A DNA stretch of 63,940 nucleotides, filler included, from Hausera hauseri (Eukaryota), in assembly GCA_046269625.1 (NCBI GenBank). It is 12 parts of 12 records of this genome, joined end to end, with 100 filler letters (N's around TTAATTAATTAA, not from the genome) between each part and the next. Parts side by side here need not be neighbours in the genome. Positions count along the whole stretch, not along the records: positions 24,922 to 31,378 come from JBJURY010099209.1; positions 31,479 to 35,816 come from JBJURY010628997.1; positions 35,917 to 40,624 come from JBJURY010466912.1; 9 more parts are not named here. The stretch is one strand, 5' to 3'. Positions 24,922-36,953 of the stretch are shown piece after piece. Positions within the stretch are counted from its first letter, which is position 1; every line of letters starts with the position of its first letter. The notes under the pieces were generated by a model. The model did no database searches. It was not told where the DNA came from and was given only the letters and a program-made list of their open reading frames with translations. Both the position numbers and the translations under genes were made by a program.

Positions 24922-27900
24922 CGACCACGCCAAAACCATAAAACCGGGTAATATCAGTCCTCCGGACTATAATGATGTCTCATTTCGGCAATTTGATCGG
25001 TCAGTTACGGATGAAGCAAAACGATGGATGGAACATATGACACACGCTAAAAATTTTTTAGACAGCTATTTCTGAAGCTATGTGAATTCTTGTTAACGGA
25101 ACAAGCCAGAATTTTGGAGACTGATTTTAAACAAAAAACGGGAACCAACCGTAGGACGAAGAGGCCATAATATGGTTTAAAACTACGTTTATGAGGAAGG
25201 TTAACCCTCTCGATAAGGTAATCGAATTGGCCAGCATGTGTCACAAAGAAGGAAAACATTTTTCGACATTTGAGATCAGGGTGCGCCAAGAAACCGATAA
25301 CTTTTTCGAGATGAACAAAGATGAATTCGTTGAAGAAATTCTTAGAAAACAGTGGTGTGTTTTCAAACCAAAAATGACGCTAGAAGACCTCAGGGAGGAG
25401 GCTAAAATTTTTGAAGATAGCCAAACCGTACATGAGTACAAAGATGTGGCTGCAGTGAAGAAATCCTTCCGGGATGCAGAAAAGGCCCCAGAAGAAATTT
25501 CGAAAATGCACCGTACGTGAAACCTGCGGAATATGACAAACGACTAGTCATACACAACTGTGGAACAGAATATCCGAGAAAAGATAGATATAAAAAGAGG
25601 TCGATAAACAATAATATTTCTGAAAAAAAGAGAACCTTTTAGGTCGATCACAGATGAGAGAAGACAGGTTCTAACGCATTCTGCGTATCATGAAGCCAAA
25701 AAGCTCTACTGCTTCATGAAACAGTTACCGACGCCGAAAGAAGAAGTGCTATCTAAGGGTGATTGTTTTTGCTGTGGAAAACATTGGCGCGTTAGAAGAA
25801 ACTGTCTTTTAAACAACTTATGTTTTCTATGTGAAAAAGTGGACACGGATTTAGAAACTGTTTCAAATTGTTACAGGTAAATTCAGTGTGTGTGGAAGAG
25901 ATGTATGAAGACCATATAGATGAAATAGTTCGATATGAAGACGACGAGCAGAAAACTTTAAACATCAGAAACTCTGTATGAGCATTTCTTCAATGGACTT
26001 GAGGTAGAAAAAACGGAGGAAAGATGAACGTTGATTGAATAAAGTAAAGTTGAACAAATGTGGAATATAAATATTGTTTGATAGTGGAGCCAGTGCGTTA
26101 GTAATTAGTGAAAAGATTTGGAAGTTGATAGGAGAACCTAGGCTAACTAAGTGAGTTTTAATATTGAGTGGAGCCTTTTCAAAATGTGATGGTTGTTTAG
26201 GGAAGGTAAAAATCAATGTGGAGTGAGACGTTGAAGTACATACAACTGAATTGATTGTAGTAAACACAATAAGGCGGGAAGCCATTAAGGGTATAGATAT
26301 TTTAAATGCATTTAGTGTGACATTAATAAAAACTGGCGTTAGTTGGTTTTGAACGAAAAAGATAGCAGCAGTGACAACAATAGAAAAACCGGAAATTGCG
26401 TAGGATCAATTAGTGAAAATTATGAAACATTGTTATGAGGTGTTTATGAAACATTATTACGATATAGGGCTTACGGATCTGGTAAAACATGGAATTGAAA
26501 GTAAGGGTAAATCCATTTTTTGAATCCAAGAAGACAATTAGTACACCGTGAAGGTAAAATTGAAGATTTTTTGAAAGACTTGGAGAAAGCTGATAGTATT
26601 CCGAAATACAAAAGTGAATGGAATTGGCCTTTAGTGATTGCTCAAAAGAAAGATGGGAAATCCAAATTTGTTTGGATTTTAAAAAGTTAAATGAAATAGC
26701 AAAGAAATTTTCTTTTCCAGTGCCTAAAAGTTAGACTTTATTTAATGCCTTAGGCGGTTCAAGAATTTTCTCGAGTATCGACCTCGGTAAGGCAAATCGT
26801 CAAGTAGCATTAGATGAAGATTCCCAAGAGAAAACAGCCTTTTGCACTAAACCACAACAATATTGTTTCAAACGAGTACCATTTGGCCTTTCAACGGCTC
26901 CTGTAACTTTTTAGCGGCTGATGAATACATTATTCGAAGACTTACTGTTGGCGGGTGTTGTCATATACTTAGATGACGTGTTGATTTACTCAAAGACGAT
27001 TACGGAACATTGAAAACAATTAGAAGAGGTGATGAAAAGATTGAAAAATGCAAATCTAAAAGTTAATCCACAAAAATGTAGATGTGATGTTTCGGAGTTG
27101 ATATTTCTCGTACATACGATTAATAATCATGGAGTAGCAACAAATCAACTAAAAGTAAAAGATATCCTGAATTTCCCAGTCTCAAAGTGTACGCCATCGT
27201 TGAGACCATTTTAGGTCTGGAAAACTATTGCAGAAGGTTTATCAAGAATTACGTGCTCATTGCAGCGCCGTTGCATCAGGCTTGTAAGAGTACATGTATA
27301 GAGTTGTTGTGGTTAAAGGAGTGTAAAGAAAGCTTCAAGCTACTGAAATTGAAGTTATGTGAAGCGCCAGTATTAACCTTCATGGATCCAACGAAGGATA
27401 TTATTTTGGATACAGACACATCGTTTGGTGCAATAGGAGCAGTACGCAGCCAACAAATAGGCACTAAAAATGTAATATCGTATGCCTCTAAAACATTCTC
27501 ATCTTTTGAGAAAGGCTACTGCGTTACAAGAAATGAATTGTTGGCATTACAAGAGTTTATGCTGCATTTTAAACAGTATCAATATGGTAAGCACTTCACT
27601 ACTTGAACAGATAATAAGACATTGGTATCTATAAAGACCGCTACCAAACTAATAACTCTACAATTTCAGACGTGGCTAGAAAACCTGACAGATTTTACTT
27701 TTACAGTTGTATGAGGATATGTGTACTCGATGCCAAACAAGTCATGCTGATCCTAAGCAAACAAAGGCATGGGTAAAGCACATTAATTCCTTATTGGTCA
27801 GGTTAACCTTGCAATGAATAAAAGACGAACATGAAAAATGTACAGAAATACAACAAGTAAAATGTCTGTTAGATGGCTCAACGATGTAAAAAAATACAAC

Positions 27901-28245
27901 TCTCGAAAGAGACTCTCAATATAATCGATAAATTGGATATGACAGACGGTTTCGTAGTATATAAAGACCAGAATTACAGAATACCAATAATTCTAAAAAA
28001 TATGCGGAAAGATGTAATCCGGAAGATACATATGGATCTATGTCATGAAGGTATAAAGAAGACAAAACGACATATTCAACACCACTTCAACATCACTTCC
28101 GGGTCTATCAGAAGAAGCAGATGTCATTGGAAAATTTCAAAATGCTTACGTTAGGAAATCCCAACAGAAAAGACTATTAAGAGTGATAATTTTCTGGACA
28201 AACTGGTAATGGAAATTGCGTGTGTCGGAGACAAAGATAGCATGT
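24922..28245 (+). mobile_element. Ty3/Gypsy retrotransposon (second family), gag-PR-RT-RH and start of IN, degenerate
   Basis: Two degenerate CCHC knuckles (~25765-25862). Protease LFDSGAS (26080). RT PFGLSTAP, YLDD (~26966). RH LDTDTSFGAIGAV..YCVTRNELLA. IN zinc-finger start H..LCHEGIKKT, cut off at the hATm-like end. Confidence 0.92.
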
Positions 28246-28249
28246 ACCC

Positions 28250-30622
28250 TAGGGTGCATCACACTTGTAGACCAAAATATTATGTTTCAGATTTCTTGCT
28301 ATCAGAGTTTCCAGTTTGTTGCTGTGTGTGCACAGAACAGGAGTATAAAATATTTCGTAAATCCAACGTGATTTAGAAGTCCCACCATGCATTTGACAAA
28401 AACCGAATATACAAAATGAATGCATTTTATTACCATTTTCAATTAGACAGAGAAAAATATTTACTTTAATTTACAGAAAATCACAACATATAGCATTAAA
28501 ATGCACTAGTGCACACTTGAAAGCAGACACATGTTCAGTTGTTCCCAAGTGATCTGATGGTTCAGTTTGTGATATCAAAGGTAGAGTTTTTCCTCATGAC
28601 TGCATTCGGCGACTTGCAGCACATTCTGATGATGTTCAGCCCTACGAGAAGCATTGACAAAATTTGTTGATAGCTTGACATTGCGTTCAGCAGCATCATT
28701 AAACACATTGACTGCTTGTTTTGCATCCTACACTGGTGTCCCACTCGCTAGCTGATAAGCGAAGAAAGCTTCTGTTAATCTACAGAAGGAACATTGTGAA
28801 CCAGAAGTCCAGTGCAACAAGGCCAGGCAGCCATGTGGACAACTTGACGTCAGGAAACTGTGATTTGCCCCACCTGTATCCAAAACGATTCAATGAACTT
28901 CGTAATTCACTGGCTGGCTGAACTTGCAACAGTGCATCAGCAACAGCTTAACGTTCCGGTGAAGACACACGAGTGCTGAAAAGTGACAGTAGCACCATTT
29001 CAGCAGCCACGTACCACAGATGCCGACTAAATGCTTTTACTGCAGACTGAGAAATGTTTTTGTCAAGCAATTGATACTGCAGCAGTCTTTTGAACAGCTG
29101 TAAGTCATTCCACGGTGCGTCAACTGCTTTCGTACGAGTAAGCCATCATTTGCAGTACACATGAGTCAGGAAAGTGACAAATGTTCGGACTTTCGGCACC
29201 TTATGTAAGCTAGTGATTGTTCCTATCATTGTTCAGTGCTCTTCTCCAGTAATTAAATCTTAAAGCAGTAGATTAGTTTTGTCATTCACCTGGCGTTATG
29301 AAGTGCACAAGTTCAGCGAAACTACACTTCCTCTTCACTGGCTGCTAGTCCCTCAAGAAGTCGACTACTTTAGCAATAGAAGCACTTGATTCATCTGACA
29401 TTGTATTCAAAAGAACGTAGGCTTCTGGGCTGTGATTAGGTGGATGAAGCACGTGAACATCTCCGGAACTGTGAGACACCAAATCCCAGTTACTGCACAG
29501 TCGAGTTAGGAGAATAACATCCAGCGATTTTGATGCTTCATTCTTCAAGTCGGCAAAGACGTGCTAAATCAAAGCCTCACCGATGTGATGACGGCATAAT
29601 GAACACAGAACTTCTCGTTGAAGTTTGTCATGGATTGTAATACATACAGCTGACATATGAACTATGTTTGCACTTGTTATTTCGAACGCCATGTTGATAA
29701 CATTGTTGCTGCACTTTCATTCAGTGATCAGTTTCATCTTCAGCTCTGTAATGATTGACCTACATGCTGATCTGTTGACTTGTGATAATTCGGGACTCCC
29801 AGTAGTTTCATCTGTGCCACATCACCAACATGCGCTGTGACTCTTTCTTCAGCCGCCAGGTGATTCGTCAAAGTTGGTGTCACCTTGCCGCCCCAGTGCA
29901 GTGTGAACAGCTTTGGAGGGTTCCATTCCTCCCGAATACTGCCAGTAATCTTACTGACAACCTTGCACCTGGCACAATCCTCACTAGCATAAAATGCAGC
30001 AACCATTTAAATGCCACTCTCACACTCAGATATCAGACCATAAGTATATGTTGCTTATACTGTCGGTGTCATTTTCAGTCGAGGTGCCAGTGACACGATG
30101 TTGGGATTACTCAGAATGTTTGCCGGAACAAAGAGTGACGTCCAAGTTTTCTTCTTGCAACTAGACGGTGTGATAGGTTCCAACTCATCTCATTTCCTTG
30201 ATCACTGGTTGACTCCTGTTGTTCAGCCGTGTCTGTCGTTATAATCAGACGGTGCGAAGCTGGTGACAACTGCTCTTTCTGTCGCCTCACCGTCGTTCTG
30301 CAGCTACGGCTTCGCGCTGATGACGTTTTTCAACTATCTGTGCCAATGTTTTATCGAAAGAACCGAAGCTGGATGAACGACTAGACTTCATTAACTGCAG
30401 AAATGCATGATCTTCGTCATCCTTGGTCAGACATTGTGCATCAGGTTGCCAAAGCTGGAATGTTGATTGCAGCATTTGTTGATTTTCTTCCATCTTTTTC
30501 TGCAAGGCCGGAGTACCTCTGCGATCTTGGGGGATGGAATGAAGCTTGTTGCTTGCATCCGAAAGCTTCACGATCTTCTAACAGGCACGACGCTTGGTCA
30601 CCATCGAGATGGTCACCTCTTG
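28250..30622 (-). mobile_element. hAT-superfamily (hATm-like) transposon, decayed
   Basis: LHWGGK (HWDGK-type), KLLGVP, CRHH, ALHNAR*MTK and HLWY motifs. Terminal TAGGGTG at 28250. Confidence 0.75.
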
Positions 30623-30959
30623 GTCACTAGGAAAGAGGTCAGGACTGTATGGTGGGTGAGCCACCAGTGATAATCCACATGAATCAGTTGTTGCCGTTGT
30701 CATGTGGGATGTGTGGATTGGGACATTGTCATGGAATAGCCATAATTCAGTCCTTCATCTTTTCTGCCGCTTTCTTCTTGCTTCCTTTATCAGTTGCACA
30801 TAATAATCAGAGTTGATTTTGACATCTGATGCAGTGCAATCCACTTTAAGAAAATCTTTCATGTCCCATAAGATTACAGTTGTGCAATCATTGCTTGGCT
30901 GCTAGTCTTCTTCAAAGCAGAAACTTTATGACGCTTCGAAACTCAACATTATCTGACAT
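30623..30959 (-). pseudogene. mariner (DD34D) transposase fragment with a large internal deletion
   Basis: N-terminus MSDNVEFRSVIKFL, then HDNVPIH...HPPYSPDLFPSD with exactly 34 residues between the two Asp. Confidence 0.88.
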
Positions 30960-31478
30960 TTATGATGAAATATTGAAATAGCACAATTTTTTGTCAAAAC
31001 AAAAGTAGCTTAGAAAAACAAAAACACTTTTCATTACCTATATATATTTAAGTATAATCACTTGCAATATCATTCTTATGTCATAATTATTTCTTGTTGA
31101 GTTTAAATACTTAATGGGAGCACCACATATCATCATCAACAACCAGTGCAGAAAAGAATATCAAAGAAGGCAAAGAATATGAATTTCATTGAATGAAAAA
31201 TATAAACATTAATAGATAAGTAAGCTAGCCTGTTCTTCACTCTATACACACGCATTCACAATTTCACATCAGTGATTCACTTCACATTAACTTTGTAACC
31301 CTATTGCCCTAAGAGATATTTGATATTACAGTGTGCAAATCATTGAAATTTGGCAACCGAACTTGACAGATTTCAATGNNNNNNNNNNNNNNNNNNNNNN
31401 NNNNNNNNNNNNNNNNNNNNNNTTAATTAATTAANNNNNNNNNNNNNNNNNNNNNNNNNNNNNNNNNNNNNNNNNNNN

Positions 31479-33742
31479 ATGCATGCACCCACACTAGCAC
31501 ATGCAAGTAAATCTAATCCAATAGATTTACACCAACACAAATATCAAATGAAAAGACAAAGAGTAACCACCTACTCTTTGAACAGGCCGTTAAAAACGAC
31601 CTGCTATCATTATGTTCTTCTTTTCAGCAACCACAATATCATGGACAATCTCAATACACCAGTTTACCAATTGGAGGAGACAGATATAGATTTGGATAAA
31701 TCAGATAATGAAACAAATACAAGGATAATCTCCAGCCTTAAAAAGAAGGAAAATATGAAATTCAGCCAACTCGACAGTTCTTCAGAATCAGATGCATCGA
31801 ATGAAACGGTAGTCCCTAACCCTAAAAGAAGGGTTATACTACCACCTAATCAGTCTATTACTTCTTTCACGTTCCAGAACCCGACTCAAGCATTCACAAA
31901 TAGTAGAGGAATCTTGAGTACAATTATTCCAAAACAGAGACTGGAAAATGTAAGAATGCCTGGATCCCAAGACGAAATAAGGAGAAAGTCTTTTACTTTT
32001 GCAGACCTACCTGAAAATAAAAGAATGAAACTAGAAGAACAAATCATCACAAATCTAAAAGAAACCGAACAAGATAGATTGAAGAATCGTATATGGGCAG
32101 AAATGTACCCAAAATTCGTCGTAATATATGACACTCACAACAATCTTTATTCTTCCAAATTTTACAACAAGCTGATTCAACTCATGGAAGATTCTTCTGA
32201 CTTAATGTACACCCAATGTCGCTATCTAGATAATTCATTGAAAACAGCTACCTTAAATGAAAGATTATTTCGGATCATCAAATTAGAAAATCCATTATAT
32301 GATGTCGACTTCGTAAAAATGTTTCAGCCAGAACAACCGTTCGAGAAAATACTAATACACGTTGCTTGTGGAAAAATACAATGGCGAGCTCAAAATGAGA
32401 ATTACGATGGAATCGATCCACGAACCAATACAATTGGGCCCAAAACAACAATGAAACTAAAATCAATGATGTTCCATACCGGTCTTCACTTCCGTGTTTT
32501 ACAAATACCAGTTGTGCTAGGAGTAGAAATCTGTCAATACATGAAGGAAAATATGGGATTAATGGAACCAATATTCTATAAAAGGCCGACGAAAGAGATA
32601 AATAATTATCAGCTAACAAAAGCTGTTAACCAACGATATTTAGCAGTCTCACTAGCGTACGTATGAGTGGCGAACCGTTACCTGTTTAAGTTATCATAGC
32701 AAACCAAGAACGGTTAATAATTTATCAGGCCTATATCAACCCCAGAAAAAGAATATCAAATACAAATGAGCATGTACACGGACTTTCTCTTCCAATAATC
32801 CAACAATCCGAAGACGAAGAGGAGGTCAGAAGTGAAATAATTAAATATTTACTAGGATACACTGTTATCAGTGCAAATACTAGAATAATTATCCAAGCAC
32901 TGAGAATCCCAGAACAATTCTTATTCGGAATGATCGATCTATTGGCTATAAGCAATACCAAAAACAGATTCAAGGAAGAAAATCTTAAAATCAACTTAAC
33001 CCAACTATCACGAGTTTACGGATATACATATGACTTTCCTAAAAACGCGGAAAGCATAATTCAAACAATAATGAATATTCACGAGAAGTTGACTAATACT
33101 TGCTCCAACGAAAAATTAGAACTAGAATGGGAAGCGCCACCAAATAATCTCATCGATTATGCTGACTTTAAAACGATACCCGAAAGATATCATGAAAAAT
33201 ATCAATTCGAAGTATTACAATCAGAAGATGATTCTAATAAAAGGACGAATCTCATTCAACAACTAAAAAACCGATGCGCTAAAACAATAAACGAATTACA
33301 ATCAACCAAGGAAGCGTCATCAACTAGATTATCTATTTTGATATATGGAGAAAAAATTCAGATAATTAACGTGAAATTTTTGCTCGAGCCACAAACGACT
33401 CAAAATCAAGAAAATCAACTCTTACCAAATATACATCATGGACAGTTAATAGGATTTACCTATCGCAATTTAAAATGCAACACATTGCATTTAGAATTAA
33501 TTGAAAACAATGCAAAAAAATTGTTAAATCGCAATGATGAGCCAATAATGACTCAACAGCCAATTCCAAAACCCATACAGGGAAGGATGATAAAATTGAA
33601 AGGTACTAGCAAACAAAAGATTAAAATGCTATTGTTCGTCAAACAAGATGAACTAATCTTGGAAAATCTTTATGGAATACGCAGTACTACAACAGTAAAA
33701 GAAGACGTGGACAAAAACTGTAAATATGTGATCCAATTGTGA
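31479..33742 (+). pseudogene. Orphan LTR-retrotransposon ORF3-position protein with degenerate DEDDh-like domain (copy 1; one frameshift and one stop at ~32660-32690)
   Basis: Collinear homology over its whole length with 43856-46228. Frame is open from the contig edge; likely ATG at 31641. Confidence 0.8.
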
Positions 33743-33880
33743 TTTAATTTGACTTTTCTGTGAAAAACTTTATATTCTTATCTTTTGTTTCTTTTTCTTT
33801 GAATTTGTACATTATTTTTGTTTTTGTATAAATGAAATCGAATTTATGTCAAATTTTTCTAATATGAAAAATTTTCGTTT

Positions 33881-34032
33881 AAGGGGGGGAAGATGTTGAG
33901 GTTAAGATTTTGACGAGTTAGTTAAATGTTACGAAACATTTTAAAGTTACGTATATTTAAATTCTTACTAATCAATGTATGAAATGATTGCAGAATTGTA
34001 AATTAAAAATTGTTGAGATGTAATGCTTAACA
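33881..34032 (+). repeat. Polypurine tract and start of 3' LTR
   Basis: AAGGGGGGGAAGA (33881-33893) followed directly by TGTTGAGGTT (33894). The LTR right end is uncertain; TTAACA at 34027-34032 is one candidate. Confidence 0.7.
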
Positions 34033-35143
34033 GGTTTTTTCAAGTTCTGCTGAATAAGATATGATTCACCATTATTAGTATTGTGGTAACTTTTGCCATA
34101 TTTTCATAATTTCTGTATGAGGTTTATGTACAGTTAATAGCTAGCTAATAAGCTTTAGCAGTAATAATGCTTAGTTATGTTGTTCCTATGATATAATCTT
34201 TTGTAATAACTTGATTCTTTTTCGCATTTAAATAAAGAATCAAATAACTAAAGACATTAAATGGCCTACCTTACTCTAAAAAGACTTAGTCAAATATCTT
34301 TATTTGGAAAATATGTTTTCAGGATGAAAGAATGATGCTTCTCACATCATTTCAGACAGTCCAGTTCTTGACATTTCAGAGTGTTTGTTTATTGAACCAC
34401 TTAACCCATATATGAATTGCTCAGGCATAAAACCAGTTCTTAAACCCAAGGAACAAACCAGTGCCATGTCAACTCACAACAGACAATTTATTTAAAATAA
34501 CCTATTTAGCACCTGTGTGCAGCCCACAGGTGCAGGGAGAAGCTCCCTCCTGCAGCCTGTCATGATCTCCGCTTTCTGCCATCTGCAGCTCTCTGATGAG
34601 GTTGCAGCATCAGAGCACGTTAGTTAAAGAAAAGACAAGGTGATAAAGTGAAAAACTAAAGTTTATTTAAAGTGCATTACAGTCAAAAATAGGATTAGTA
34701 AAACATATAGTTATTTTCTAGTGTAATTCATGGACTATAAACCAGTGCAGCAGCATATGCAATGCATATATGGCCATACACCCATACCAAAGTTAAAGCT
34801 TTAACCAGTGTTCTGTTCAGCAACCTGAGTTAGACATGAATAATAAAGGATAAGCCAATGGCACTACACATTTCCTCTCATGACACATGAGTCAGATTGT
34901 CTGTTAGATTGAGGTGTGGACAGATCTTTTTAAATATTTTATTATTTCGCTGCATGTTGGTACAGAGCCTTTTATGTCATAGAAATGATAACTGTTTGGT
35001 AATTCTGGCATAAGGCATCAGTTGTTTTGGTCACGTTTTGCACATTTTCTGGGAGAATTACTGCACGGGACAGCTTTAGGCTTTTAAAGAGGGTTCTGAC
35101 TTTATTGTTAAAATATTTATTTCTTATGGTGACTGAAGAGAAA

Positions 35144-35816
35144 CTAAAGCAAATCACTGTCAATGTGAGAAAAGATTTGATCATAAATAGCGGAATATTT
35201 CAATGCAAGCTTTTTCAATGTCACAATAAAAAAAGAACGAAACCACGAGTTCAACATTTTTGCTCTACCATGGGACGTGATGGTTTGTTTTAATGCCATA
35301 AAAATCTTATCAAAACATGAAACAGGGACAGGTTTGAAGTCTGGATCATAAGCATTTAGCAAAGAGATAATTTTTAACAACGTCACTTCTCTTTCAGTCT
35401 TAACATCATCAGAAAACTCCTTGACAACTTTTGAAATGTACTCCTTGTTAAAATTTTCTCTCAAAATATTGAAAGAAATAAGAAATTTAGGATCAATGTT
35501 TCGTTCCTTGTCCTTATTAAATCTTAATTCCAGACTGTCATTCTTTGCTTTAAACCAGTCAAGTTCTTTCTGGGTAAGTTCTTGGCGTAGTGATATCTGA
35601 GGATGTTTAATTTGTCTGGGTAAAGAAGCCTTGCGTATACACAAAATGACAGTGCAATAGACATTAAATGGTGTCTCTGAAAGCCTGCTGTGTTTTCTTC
35701 CTCGCTCTTCTAAACTTCCTAGTAGCTGCAAACATTTGTCATCATCTTCATTATCGATTAAAATCAAAAGTGGTTTGGGGAATGTAGGGTCTCCATAGCT
35801 CCTAATTTCATCCAGC
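35144..35816 (-). CDS. SAMD9/SAMD9L-like protein fragment (teleost-type), partial
   Basis: IRSYGDPTFPKPLLILIDNED, VILCIRK, LRQELTQKELDWF, ISFNILRENFNKEYISKVV and LLKIISLLNAY..VPVSCFD are characteristic of the SAMD9-family NTPase region. Similarity appears to stop near 35290. Confidence 0.75.
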
Positions 35817-35916
35817 NNNNNNNNNNNNNNNNNNNNNNNNNNNNNNNNNNNNNNNNNNNNTTAATTAATTAANNNNNNNNNNNNNNNNNNNNNNNNNNNN
35901 NNNNNNNNNNNNNNNN

Positions 35917-36332
35917 ATCTCCCGCACTCGGATAATCACGATATCAACAATAAACTTCTTTATCCAGCCGTTCTCAGGCCTGTTATTCTTTACGACTCTG
36001 CCGCATTCGGATATGCGGATTGCATGCATATCCGGAAGCTACAGACCTCACAAAATCGCATTCCCCGGGGATTATGCAGAGTCGATTGCTATGAGGGAAA
36101 TACTGTGATTCGTCAGGATTTAAACATCTCCTCTATTCGTTCTGTAATTAAAAAGCAAGCAGAAAGATTCTACAGCAATTTATATTCGATTGCTAATGAA
36201 TTAATTTTTAATCAACCAGATTACGATAAGAAATTATATATTAAAAGGCCACGCGGCGTTTCTAACATCTCTACATATACTGACCCACATCGTATTCCAC
36301 GCACTTTAAACTCAGTTCCCTCCGTTACTTAA
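35917..36332 (+). pseudogene. Jockey-clade LINE RT C-terminal fragment
   Basis: NKLLYPAVLRPVILY..AFGYA...IRKLQTSQNR...NTVIRQDLNI, homologous to the end of 36954-39110. Confidence 0.8.
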
Positions 36333-36953
36333 CATGCGTATCTCTCCATGCTTTTCCTGATCATTCTTATTGCAAACCACATACACGTTCACTATACGTT
36401 TCTGCTTAACAACATCCTCTCTCACCGCAATGTATTCTCTCTGATCGAACGGATCTTTTAACGGCAACGGCAACGGCAATTGATGTTTTAAGGGAGTACC
36501 ATGAGTCGGAACTCGTAACTCCAGTAATAAAAGTGGGCTTTCTTAATTTATGGGTTAGTAATTTTGGTAGGCCGAAGGCCTAGATATCCTAATTCAGAAT
36601 TTATAATTTCAAACAATGGGGTGGCTCCAATTTGGAGCAGGGTACCGTACCGTGCCTGATTATCTACAATACTATATCTGGTTACCAAGCCAATTTACAG
36701 TTACAAAGGTTATACACAGAAAACACAAAGAAAAAAAAAAGGCATAATTGATGACAAATGTCCCTTGGTAAGGCTGGGACAGCTTTTCAGAACCATATTT
36801 TTTTTTTTTTTGTTTGACAGTTGACTAGCACAAACTGTGCTATAGGTTTGATGTAGTTTGATGTCATTACAAAACTTTTTTTTTTTTTTTGACAACATAT
36901 TTACAAGTTTGATAAGAACTCTCAAGAGTTCAGTGATAAAAGTGCTGAGGAAT

